Shown here: positions 19,010 to 27,978 of the stretch, piece after piece
Numbering within the stretch: position 1 is the stretch's first letter
Layout of the letters: every line of letters starts with the position of its first letter
Assembly: GCA_965217585.1 (NCBI GenBank)
Contig: OZ244561.1
Coordinates: forward strand, 1,408,001 to 1,472,000
Direction of reading: 5' to 3'
Source of the DNA: Candidatus Latescibacterota bacterium
GTDB taxonomy: Bacteria > Latescibacterota > UBA2968 > UBA8231
Length of the DNA: 64,000 nt
Position numbers and translations under genes: made by a program
Notes under the pieces: model-generated
Databases searched by the model: none
The model's input: the letters and a program-made list of their open reading frames with translations, nothing else
Told to the model about the DNA's origin: nothing

Positions 19010-20083
19010 TCAATTGTCGATCGGCACCTTTGCGCCAGTTTCCGCGCTCGCGTAAATCGCGTCCAGCAGCTTCATGAAGGTCAGCGCCTCGGCGGGAGAG
19101 ACATCGGGCGGCTGGGCACCGCGGATCGCGCTGGCAAAATCGCGGATCTCCGCGTTGAAGTCACCGTCGCCGTGTTCCACGAATTCACCAGCGGAATCGT
19201 CGCCTTCCGTGTAGATGGCACCCAGCAACCGACGCGTCCCCGAACGTCTCTTGCCCTCGGGCAGCGAAGTGGATTCCATCTCAATGGTGCCATCCGTCCC
19301 TAGGATGCGCAAGCGCAAATCCCACGCCCGGTCCGCCCAGGTGGAAATGACCGAGGAAGTATCCATCTGAATGGTCATACCGCCGGCGCAGCCCACCAGA
19401 AAACTTATGTAATCCTCGGAGTGACGCTCTACTTTTAGGGTTGTTGGAAACGCGCTATGGCTGACGGCAAAGGCCCATTCGGGTTGCGGACAACCCAGTA
19501 AGAACCAGGCCTGATCGAGGTAGTGCGAACCGTGTTGGCCCAATGCACCGCCCTTAAAACCCCACCGATATATCCAGCTCCTGCCCGGCGGCGGCTCATA
19601 ATTAGCTCCGCGCTCGCGATAGTGGTAGTGGACGCGCGCGTGATACACGTGCCCAATCCTTCCAGCGGCGATGATTTGCCGGTTCTCTTTGTTCTCCGCC
19701 TGGTGCCGCATGAAGTAGGAGTACACGAGCGTTTTTCCAGTGCTTTCCGCAACGGCGTTGATCTCCTCGACGTCTGCGGCATTGCGACCGTGCGGCTTCT
19801 GCACCAACACGTGCTTGCCCGCCTCCAGCGCCTCAATGACCATCGGCTTCCGCACATCGGGTGCGGTGGCGACTCCAACGGCTTCAACCTCGTCATCGGC
19901 GAGCAGCTCTCGATAGTCGCCGTAGATTTTGGGGACCTCGTGCTCCTCGGCGACCCGTCGAGCCAAATCTCGATCCAGATCGGCGACCGCCCAGGCGATG
20001 GTATCTGCGCCGGCTCGGGCACCTGCCACCCAAGCCCTGCCAACTCGGCAACCGATTACGCCCATTTTAATTTTGTCTATCAT
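19010..20083 (-). CDS. Gfo/Idh/MocA-family oxidoreductase
   Basis: GVIGCRVG, ALEAGKHVLVQKP, GGALGQHGSHYLD; AAGGAGG before ATG 20083. Confidence 0.9.
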   Translation of the reverse strand: MIDKIKMGVIGCRVGRAWVAGARAGADTIAWAVADLDRDLARRVAEEHEVPKIYGDYRELLADDEVEAVGVATAPDVRKPMVIEALEAGKHVLVQKPHGRNAADVEEINAVAESTGKTLVYSYFMRHQAENKENRQIIAAGRIGHVYHARVHYHYRERGANYEPPPGRSWIYRWGFKGGALGQHGSHYLDQAWFLLGCPQPEWAFAVSHSAFPTTLKVERHSEDYISFLVGCAGGMTIQMDTSSVISTWADRAWDLRLRILGTDGTIEMESTSLPEGKRRSGTRRLLGAIYTEGDDSAGEFVEHGDGDFNAEIRDFASAIRGAQPPDVSPAEALTFMKLLDAIYASAETGAKVPIDN

Positions 20084-20085
20084 AA

Positions 20086-21123
20086 TCACCTCCTTTGCAA
20101 TCGCTCGAGCTTTGCCTGCAGCCCGGGCTTTTCCAGCACCTCCCTGTTGACCACGTGCGCGGGAATTTCGCCGCGCCCAATTTGCGCCACCTGCCGGAGC
20201 CTGCCCCTCCAGGCCTGCATGTAGTACTCGTCGGTGTGGCACAGGGAGTGCGGCGAGACCACGACATGGTCCATTTTGAGGAGGGGATTGTCCGCATCGA
20301 TGGGCTCCTGCTCAAATACATCCAGCCCAGCGCCGCGGATGCGCCCGCTCTGCAGGACCCGTATCAGGGCTTGCTCATCGACGATGGGTCCCCGCGAAGT
20401 ATTGATCAGGTACGCCGTCTGTTTCATCAAGTTCAATTCCCGCTCGCCGATCAGGTGGCGAGTCTGCTCGCTGAGCGGTACGCTGATGCTGACGAAGTCG
20501 GACTCGGCCAGCAGGGTATCCATATCGACCAGTTCCACGTCCACATCGGCCACATCCTCCTCGCTCAGATTGGGATCGCAGCCCAAGTGCCGCATGCCAA
20601 AGGGCCTAGCCAGCAGGAACAGCTCGTGCCCGATATTGCCCACGCCAATGGAACCGAGCGTCTTGCCGGTCAGCCCTTCGCCGCGGTAGAGACGCTGGTC
20701 GGCCCAGCGCCCCTCGCGGGTGATCCGATCCTTGTTGAGCAGGCGCGTGGCTAGGGCCAGCATAAAGGTCATGATGGTGCAGGCCATGGGCCGGCGCACG
20801 GCGTCGGGGGCCGAGCAGAGCATTGCATTGGCCCGGGTCAGGGCCCCGACATCGATATGGTCGTACCCGACGCCGGTGAGGAGCACAGCCACGAGCTGGT
20901 CGTTGCCAATTAGGGAGCGCTCGCTCCAGCGGGACGCGCCCGAGATAACCGCGTCGCAGCCGCGCACTTGCTCGGGGGCGATTTCCGCGCGCTGCTCGGC
21001 CAATATCCGGTACTGGATTCCGGGCATTTCAGCGAATAATTCAAGCCCGGGGCCGGGCAGGTTGAAGTTCCCCTCCGCATCGAAGAAATCCCGGGTGATT
21101 CCAACCGTGACTTTAGTGGTCAT
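20086..21123 (-). CDS. D-isomer-specific 2-hydroxyacid dehydrogenase
   Basis: GVGYDHID, GSIGVGNIG, INTSRGPIVDE, GLDVFEQEP, SPH; start 21123. Confidence 0.92.
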   Translation of the reverse strand: MTTKVTVGITRDFFDAEGNFNLPGPGLELFAEMPGIQYRILAEQRAEIAPEQVRGCDAVISGASRWSERSLIGNDQLVAVLLTGVGYDHIDVGALTRANAMLCSAPDAVRRPMACTIMTFMLALATRLLNKDRITREGRWADQRLYRGEGLTGKTLGSIGVGNIGHELFLLARPFGMRHLGCDPNLSEEDVADVDVELVDMDTLLAESDFVSISVPLSEQTRHLIGERELNLMKQTAYLINTSRGPIVDEQALIRVLQSGRIRGAGLDVFEQEPIDADNPLLKMDHVVVSPHSLCHTDEYYMQAWRGRLRQVAQIGRGEIPAHVVNREVLEKPGLQAKLERLQRR

Positions 21124-21922
21124 CTGCATCCTCTCGGTACATGGAAAAAGCCCGCACCGCGCCGTCGCGGAGCAGGTCGTATTCGCTGTGGCGGAAGCGA
21201 CCCACCAGTTGGATGCCGGCCCGGCGCTGGCGCAGGTACTCCTGGCGGTTGCGCGGATAGATCGCCGGCTCAGTGGCGATCCCCCTAACCAAGGCGATCT
21301 CGACGACGCGCTCCATGGCCCGCACCACTTCCGGGTGTTCCCAATCGCCGTGAAAACCCATGGTCGCCGCCAAGTCGCCGGGGCCAAAGACCACGGCGTC
21401 CACCCATTCGTTGGCGAGCATGGCCTCGGCGTTCTCGACGCCGCGCCAGGACTCGATTTTGAGGATGAGCATCGTGGCCGCGTTGGCCTCGCGGCAATAG
21501 CGGGCCGCCTCGACAGAGGCGTACTCCACATTGGCACCCATGGCCAGCCCCCGCTCCCCGTCCGGCGCGTATTTCATCCAGCGCACCAGCGCCGCGACTT
21601 GCTCGGGCTCTTCGGCGTGGGAGAGGCAAATCCCCAGCGCGCCCGCATCGAGCAGCCGCGATACAAAGGGACGCTCGGGCACCAGGACCGTCACCGCCGG
21701 AGCAAGGCCGTTGTCCCGAGCCATGACCAGGAAGTTGGTCAGGGTTTCGTCGTTGTGGATCACGTGCTCGTTTTCGACCAGCAGCATATTGTACCTCGCC
21801 TGGGCCGCGATCTTGATCACCGAAGGACGCAGCGACTCGAAGACATTGAAGCCAAAGAGCGGCCCACCGCTCTGGAGAATTTCCTTGGCCGGGTTGCGGA
21901 TAAGGGGATCTTCTGCCGCCAT
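21113..21922 (-). CDS. HpcH/HpaI aldolase family protein
   Basis: LVENEH, RLLDAGALG, KYAPDGERG, KIES, FGPGDLAATMG. Confidence 0.85.
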   Translation of the reverse strand: MAAEDPLIRNPAKEILQSGGPLFGFNVFESLRPSVIKIAAQARYNMLLVENEHVIHNDETLTNFLVMARDNGLAPAVTVLVPERPFVSRLLDAGALGICLSHAEEPEQVAALVRWMKYAPDGERGLAMGANVEYASVEAARYCREANAATMLILKIESWRGVENAEAMLANEWVDAVVFGPGDLAATMGFHGDWEHPEVVRAMERVVEIALVRGIATEPAIYPRNRQEYLRQRRAGIQLVGRFRHSEYDLLRDGAVRAFSMYREDADDH

Positions 21923-21923
21923 A

Positions 21924-24095
21924 TCAATCCATTTCTGCAAAGCGACGCAACACGTTCTCGGTGATGCGGGAGACATTGTTGTCACCGCGATTGTATGAAA
22001 GGCAACTGCACCAGCTAATAGAGCCCACCGAGAATACCGCGCCACCCTTGGGGCCTTCAAAGTACACCATGTCGGACCGCACCAGGGGGTTCTGGCTGCC
22101 GCCGGTATTGGGGGCCGAGACCAACTGGTCTTCAATGGCCACCTGGTACAGATCGGTGAAGCCCTCGGCCGAAGCGAGCAAGAGGACGTGGTCGGGCGTG
22201 CCCTGGCCGCGGTCGATCCGGTCGATTTCAAAGCCGCCGGCGCCGTGTTCCAGAACCAGGGAGGGAAAGTCGCCGATTAATTCCTCGGGGGCCAGGCCCG
22301 CAAAGATAAAGGCCGCCCTCGGGTCCAAACTGTCCGGCTGCCGTCTGTAGGGGCGGTTGCGACCGCCGCCCTGAGAGGTAAAACCAACGCCGACCATTTT
22401 TTGCGGTGCCCGGTTGCGAAAGCGCCAGAGGCCACCCATCTCGCCCGTGGTGCTGTGGAAGCTCTCGCCGGGGGCGGCCTCCCAGGCGCGCGAGCCCCGC
22501 CAGCGCCTGACTTCGACGATGTGCGGACGCCCGGGGTCGAAGGAGGCGATCCAGTAGAAACCGTTGCCGCCCAGGTACATCAGGCGGCCGCCCCCCGCTT
22601 GGTACGATTCCAGCCCTTTGAGCATAGACGCCGTCCAGTACTCTGGATGCGTGCCGGTGAGGATCACCTGGTACGGCTCCAACAACTCGCTGCCTTCGCC
22701 GTGCAACTCGTCGTCGGTGATCACATCGTAGGCAAAGCCCTTGGTGTCCAGCCAGTCGAGCAGATGGAGATCGGCGTTGAGCAGGCGGGGCCAGTCCGCG
22801 GCCAGAGAGCGGGAGGGCATGCGGTACAGGGGACGAAAATTGACGATCGGCCGCCGGCGCGACGAATAGCAGACACCCGTGCCGTCGCTGTGCAGGTCGT
22901 AACAGCTCAAGAGCCGCTGGTCCTGCATGTACTGGTCTTGCGGGGCGGTGTCGCTGCTTGCGCGCAGGTCCAGCATGGCGCGGATCGGATCGTTAAAGCG
23001 CTGGTTGGCATAGACTAGGTACGTGAGAGTGGGCGCGAGGAAGGCGATGCGGGCACGGGCCTTTGCGGGGACGACGATAAAGGGCAGATAATCCTCGGCG
23101 TCGGCGCTGGTCAAGTGGGCCGCGTACACGCCGCTCGGCCAGTGTGGGGGCACGGTCCACTCGAAGGCGGCATCCCACTGGGCGTCTTCGAGATCGTCGT
23201 CGTGGAAGTGAATGGCCCCGTACTGGCTGGGGGCGACTTTGAAATCCGCCTCGTCGCCGGTCCAGTTGTGCCCAGTCACGGCCCGGGTCGGCAGGTTGAC
23301 CGTGCGGCCGTGGAGTTGGTTGGCCTCGGTGTCGCGCACTATTTCCGCGCCGATATCTAGGGAAAAGTCCCAACTAGCGATCGGGGTGTCGGCGTCGGCC
23401 TCCGCCGTGGAAAGCGCGCGGTCGTAGAGCCGCGGATTGTCGATCTTGCCATTGAAGTGGTGGGCGGCCGCCGGCCCCGAGGCAGCGCAGGCCATCAGCA
23501 AATCCTCCTCGTTCTCTCCCACAACCAAGGGGCGGATGGTTTTGCAGACCCTTGCTTGGGCGCGGGCCACCGGCCAGTTGGACTGCAGCTCTTGGTAGAG
23601 GCAGACTGCGCCAGTGGCCGCGTCGTAGCTGGCGGCGATACAGTGCCATTGAGCTGGGTGCAGGGGCACGCCGGTGCTCACTTTTTCCAGCCGCGTCCCA
23701 GCGCCGACCCACAGGGCCAGCGACCCGTCCTCATCGATAAAGAGGCCATAGCCCGATTGGCCGGACAACTTGGTCAACAGCCCTTGCAGGCCCTTTTGCG
23801 GCGTGGTGGGGTAGATCCACGCCCGCAGGGTAAACCCATTGGGGCAATTCAACAAAGGGTGGTGCGGCACGGCTGCGTACGAGCCGCTGTGGATGGCCTG
23901 GTACTGACCCGGGTACTCGCCGCTGATCGAGGATGCGAGCGCTTCGATTTTGCAGCCGGGACCCTCGGGATTGGCGTCCGTATGCCGCAGGCGCACGAGT
24001 TGGGCGCGGTACGCGGGCGCTTCGCTGCTGACCATAAAGCGTATAGTCTGCCCGGGCCGCACACTGAAACGGTCGCTGTACCCGACGATTTTCAT
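21924..24095 (-). CDS. N,N-dimethylformamidase large-subunit family protein with LamG-like domain
   Basis: GYSDRFSVRPG, AIHFHDDDL, TYLVYAN, YDLHSDG, HPEYW, MYLGGNGFYW, NNVSRITENVL. Confidence 0.88.
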   Translation of the reverse strand: MKIVGYSDRFSVRPGQTIRFMVSSEAPAYRAQLVRLRHTDANPEGPGCKIEALASSISGEYPGQYQAIHSGSYAAVPHHPLLNCPNGFTLRAWIYPTTPQKGLQGLLTKLSGQSGYGLFIDEDGSLALWVGAGTRLEKVSTGVPLHPAQWHCIAASYDAATGAVCLYQELQSNWPVARAQARVCKTIRPLVVGENEEDLLMACAASGPAAAHHFNGKIDNPRLYDRALSTAEADADTPIASWDFSLDIGAEIVRDTEANQLHGRTVNLPTRAVTGHNWTGDEADFKVAPSQYGAIHFHDDDLEDAQWDAAFEWTVPPHWPSGVYAAHLTSADAEDYLPFIVVPAKARARIAFLAPTLTYLVYANQRFNDPIRAMLDLRASSDTAPQDQYMQDQRLLSCYDLHSDGTGVCYSSRRRPIVNFRPLYRMPSRSLAADWPRLLNADLHLLDWLDTKGFAYDVITDDELHGEGSELLEPYQVILTGTHPEYWTASMLKGLESYQAGGGRLMYLGGNGFYWIASFDPGRPHIVEVRRWRGSRAWEAAPGESFHSTTGEMGGLWRFRNRAPQKMVGVGFTSQGGGRNRPYRRQPDSLDPRAAFIFAGLAPEELIGDFPSLVLEHGAGGFEIDRIDRGQGTPDHVLLLASAEGFTDLYQVAIEDQLVSAPNTGGSQNPLVRSDMVYFEGPKGGAVFSVGSISWCSCLSYNRGDNNVSRITENVLRRFAEMD

Positions 24096-24239
24096 TCGAT
24101 TCTCCGCGCCACTAGGGCCGTGCAACGCCCCTGCAACCGCTTCTAGCCTACTCCTCGGTCGGCTCCGAGACGACGCGACATTTTTCGTCTACTACCACGG
24201 TCCAGACACAAGCAGACACAAGAAATCCAGGACCAACCT

Positions 24240-25250
24240 CTATTGTGCAGGGGCCAAGTTATTCAAGCAGAGTGGAGTTTCGACGTTCGAACGGATGAAG
24301 GCGATATGATCATTCTGTCCTGGCTTGATGTCACGCGCATTATCTAGGGGCACAACAATCGTCCCCCCACAACAGCGATGGTCCGCGCGGCCCAATGCAA
24401 AGGCACTACTCAAATGCGACATCGATCCTGATGGCTCAGTCTTAGAGCAGTGCTCTGACAGTTGCGTACATACGATTCTGGCACTGGGCATGATCTCTCG
24501 CAAGACGCTAATGATCTCAGGATTTGGAGCACCGTAACGCCCGCGACCAAAGGAAAAGATCACAGTTATAGGCTCTACGGCTTCAAGTAGCCTCTCAGTG
24601 AAGGAGCGAATGTCCGCTGCACCCGGACGACCTCCATGATGTGGGTAGACCAAAATGGGTATCTTCAGGTCCATATTTTGCATCAGCAGATCGTCTAGTC
24701 CAATTCCGTCGATGTCTGCGGGCAGAATGGCCACGTGCTTGCCGGACACGCTTATCCGTATCACCGCACTGATAGAATTGCTAGTGATCCTCCTCCCTGA
24801 TCCGTTTTTATTACCTACGCCCTTCAGGGCTAAATAAGGGCTTGGAGCCATTACCCGAATCTCTATATCGCCAAAATTCTCGCCCTTCCCCGAGACCAAG
24901 CCGACATCAAGCTGCAAAGTACCAGCCATGTGCGCGCTGTTCAGCTCGTAAGCTAAGTCATTCCAGATCTCAGTATCCTTCAAAGCGTCATTGTTGAGCA
25001 CAACTCTGTCTATAGTCACTATACCCGACGCCAACAACCCAACAAGGGCACCGATGTGGTCCTCGTCAGCATGAGATAGGTAAACTGTCCGAATTCTCTT
25101 GATGCATTGCTGGTCCAAGAACTCCAGAAGCCCACTGCGACGCCCAACATCAACGACAACCACTTCGGTATCTCCCACGACTACAGTGCAGCTTCCATGA
25201 CCAACATCGAGAATGTACAGATGACGTCGTAGCTTGCTCACGGCATTCAC
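24240..25250 (-). CDS. ComEC/Rec2-like metallo-beta-lactamase-fold hydrolase (putative nuclease)
   Basis: LDVGHGSC, SHADEDHIG, NSISAV, PHHGG; GTG overlaps the upstream TGA. Confidence 0.85.
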   Translation of the reverse strand: MNAVSKLRRHLYILDVGHGSCTVVVGDTEVVVVDVGRRSGLLEFLDQQCIKRIRTVYLSHADEDHIGALVGLLASGIVTIDRVVLNNDALKDTEIWNDLAYELNSAHMAGTLQLDVGLVSGKGENFGDIEIRVMAPSPYLALKGVGNKNGSGRRITSNSISAVIRISVSGKHVAILPADIDGIGLDDLLMQNMDLKIPILVYPHHGGRPGAADIRSFTERLLEAVEPITVIFSFGRGRYGAPNPEIISVLREIMPSARIVCTQLSEHCSKTEPSGSMSHLSSAFALGRADHRCCGGTIVVPLDNARDIKPGQNDHIAFIRSNVETPLCLNNLAPAQ

Positions 25251-25909
25251 TTGGATTCCCAATCATCGAAGAACAGATCCTCGTGGCTCTCTGCACCGAT
25301 GTTAACTAGGGCATGAAATCTTCTACCGGGCTCGACAAGATCGCGTATCTCATCCGAAAGACTGTCCTCATAGAGCCTTATCTTTTGTTGAGGGTCCCAC
25401 GCCGGCACAATGGCGTAAAGATACCTGCCCTCTTTATCGACCTCAGCAACTCGGACGAGCGTACGCCGTGGTTTTCTCGTGGAATGGAATGTACCACCGA
25501 TCTCACAGAGCCCCTTGCTCCAAGCCATGGTGAGTGCTTCTGGCTCTGGACTGTTGGTCTTGAGCAGTGCTGGTATGTACCGGAGACAATCGCGACGAAT
25601 TGTCACGTTAACATCAGTAAATGTCGTACAGAGCATTCCTGGTATACCAGCTTTATGACACTCTGCCACGAGAATATCCCCATCGCATTTGGCGTAGTCG
25701 TACTTCTTAAGATGGTAGTCACAGACTACGGCATCTGCTAACTGCTCCGCTTCGGCTACGAACGACTCTGCAGTGTCGACGGGGCCTTCCATCATGACTG
25801 GTTCCAACCCCAAATCCTCGACGGGATACCCGTATCCAACCCGCGCTTCTGGGTCGTCGTCCACAATCATAACTCGACTGATCTTTCTGTTGTGAATCGT
25901 TATCGACAC
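25247..25909 (-). CDS. Receiver-domain protein with a beta-rich C-terminal domain
   Basis: MIVDDD, VVCDYHL (phosphoacceptor Asp), LCTT, LLK; no HTH output domain. Confidence 0.75.
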   Translation of the reverse strand: MSITIHNRKISRVMIVDDDPEARVGYGYPVEDLGLEPVMMEGPVDTAESFVAEAEQLADAVVCDYHLKKYDYAKCDGDILVAECHKAGIPGMLCTTFTDVNVTIRRDCLRYIPALLKTNSPEPEALTMAWSKGLCEIGGTFHSTRKPRRTLVRVAEVDKEGRYLYAIVPAWDPQQKIRLYEDSLSDEIRDLVEPGRRFHALVNIGAESHEDLFFDDWESK

Positions 25910-25911
25910 GG

Positions 25912-27978
25912 TTACGCTCCTAGGATAGGAAGCTCTACAGTAATTACCGCCCCGCCGAGTTCCCCTCTCTCTATGGCGTCCACTTCCCCACCCAAATCCT
26001 TGACTGCATCTCGGACAATCGTAAGTCCAAGGCCGGTCCCGTTCTTGCGCGTGGTACGTCCTGGAAGCCAGATATCGGTCTTCCGTATATCTTGGATTCC
26101 CGGGCCACTATCGTGGACTGTTAGGGTCCAGCGACCTTGTGAAATCGATGTCGAAACCCTAACAACCCTGGCACGTGTACCTCCACTTTCAAAGGCTGCC
26201 ACACTGTTATTCAGGAGATTCGTGAAGATAGACTCGATAGCAGCATCACTCCCCTTCAAGTAGGGTTTCCCTGCATAGAAATCTTTCTGCACAGTAACAT
26301 CTCTTCCTTTAAGAAACGGATCAAAGGTATCCAACACCTCCTGCAATCGCCTATGGAGGTCGACGCGAGAGGCCCTCCGCTTTTCATGGTCAACCAATTT
26401 GAGAGTTGCCGTCCCTAATACAGCCAAGCTCTTCACCGCTCGTCTAATACCATCAACGGGCTGCTGAAGGAATTTGCTATAGTCGTCCTTGAGCAGCTTC
26501 CGGGCCCTCCGAGCAATAGCTTCGACTGACTGCGAAACCACCTTGATCGGATTCCCACTTGACTCGTGAGCAAACGTGACGGCTGTAATTCCAGCGGTGC
26601 TGAGGGTTCTGTATAGTTGTATCTCTTTTTGAAGAAGATCAACTTCGCGGTCCCTTGCAGATTCGTAAGTAGCAAACGCCTGCTCAGTGGTTTTGCGTAA
26701 CTCAGACGGCACATTGGCGATCGCTTTTTCTACTCTACGCCTTGCCACGTCAACTCGTTTCGGAGATGATGTCCGCTCTCGGGAACGCCGCTTCTCCGCC
26801 GCCTCCATCCTCCGATTGGCCATCCACCCCATGGCATCTTGGGCGAACAGACGGAGTTCGATGAAGGATTCATCCTCGATAAATCCAGACCGGTCTGTCT
26901 TCTGGACGAGTCTCTCACGCCTGTCGGTGACATCCACACGTCCAATTGAGGTGTTAGTTCCCGGTCTCTCCTCTGGACTTCGTACGCGTCGGAGATTCAT
27001 CTCCAACCAATCGTCGCCGGGATTGCCATATGGGCTTACTCGCAGGCCATTATAATAAAAGTGGACTCCACCGAATTCGTGCAGCCACTCTTGTACCTCT
27101 TTAACACTCGACCTTCTGGTAGAAAAGGTCTCTTGATTGAGTATGAAGACCCACAAATCGAAGGTTGCAGGCGGACTTTTGTAAGTCTTCTCGTCTCTAT
27201 GTACTGCGATGTCCCTATGACTAGCGACGTAAAGTTCTTGCCCCTTCCAGTCCACAATGCGTGCACTCGCTTGTCCCTCTTTGTCGATTTCCGCCCGCAG
27301 ATGATACTCCGCGTCTTGGAAATACCGACTACGCACGAGAGTCTCTAGATCTTCGTACTCTGGGGCCACTAACTCTGGACGGAATCCTTTTGGATCATCC
27401 CCGAACGGGTCGGCAAGCAGAATTAGTTCCCGGGCCAACCTTTTCACTACCGTCCGACCAAAGCCAGTTCTTAATTCTTCAATCCGGATCTCGGTTCCGG
27501 GCTGGGTTCCCTTCTTCCTCCTTTCAGTCTCCACGTTCAGCTCTACATCATCGACGAGATCAGCCGTATCGAACTCTTCCCAGTCTATGAGCAGACCGTG
27601 CTCAGTAGTCTTCTCTTTCCGTGGGGAAGTCGTCATGAGCGCTCGCTTGCCCATTCGCAGGGCGGCAAGCCTCCCAAGGCCCTTACTACCTGCTGGTATC
27701 CGCCCGAGACGTGTCTTTTGGCGCTGGGTCTTTGTCGATTTACCCAGGACCAGCCACCCATTGGTAATATCATCAACGGTCATTCCATCGCCATTATCCT
27801 TGACGAGAACCATGCCCCCTGCTGCGTCGGTACTTTGCAGCTCAACCTTGCATTTAGTCGCATCTGCGTCGTACGCATTCTTGACAAGCTCAAGCACCCC
27901 CTTGTCTAGGCTCGGATTTAACTCCTCGCCCAAGCGCTTGAGTATCTCAGTTGAAAACCGAATCCGTGCTGTACTCAT
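25912..27978 (-). CDS. MORC/MutL-like GHKL ATPase fused to a histidine kinase
   Basis: N-terminal ELVKNAYDAD, DNGDGM, GSKGLGR, GTEI; C-terminal FAHE (H box), NLLNNS, DSGPGI, GTGLGL; no TM segments seen. Confidence 0.88.
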   Translation of the reverse strand: MSTARIRFSTEILKRLGEELNPSLDKGVLELVKNAYDADATKCKVELQSTDAAGGMVLVKDNGDGMTVDDITNGWLVLGKSTKTQRQKTRLGRIPAGSKGLGRLAALRMGKRALMTTSPRKEKTTEHGLLIDWEEFDTADLVDDVELNVETERRKKGTQPGTEIRIEELRTGFGRTVVKRLARELILLADPFGDDPKGFRPELVAPEYEDLETLVRSRYFQDAEYHLRAEIDKEGQASARIVDWKGQELYVASHRDIAVHRDEKTYKSPPATFDLWVFILNQETFSTRRSSVKEVQEWLHEFGGVHFYYNGLRVSPYGNPGDDWLEMNLRRVRSPEERPGTNTSIGRVDVTDRRERLVQKTDRSGFIEDESFIELRLFAQDAMGWMANRRMEAAEKRRSRERTSSPKRVDVARRRVEKAIANVPSELRKTTEQAFATYESARDREVDLLQKEIQLYRTLSTAGITAVTFAHESSGNPIKVVSQSVEAIARRARKLLKDDYSKFLQQPVDGIRRAVKSLAVLGTATLKLVDHEKRRASRVDLHRRLQEVLDTFDPFLKGRDVTVQKDFYAGKPYLKGSDAAIESIFTNLLNNSVAAFESGGTRARVVRVSTSISQGRWTLTVHDSGPGIQDIRKTDIWLPGRTTRKNGTGLGLTIVRDAVKDLGGEVDAIERGELGGAVITVELPILGA

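Noticed and set aside
19010-19012. TGA followed by an in-frame peptide as a third selenocysteine site
   Set aside because: The Gfo/Idh/MocA domain is already complete, there is no Cys-motif context or clear SECIS, and the downstream peptide is better explained as an SDR remnant.
20086-21537. Extended N-termini in the ORF track (also hsdM, Gfo/Idh/MocA, aldolase, ABC ATPase, cysH)
   Set aside because: Most overlap upstream genes, and homology or RBS position points to later starts, which are the ones used above.
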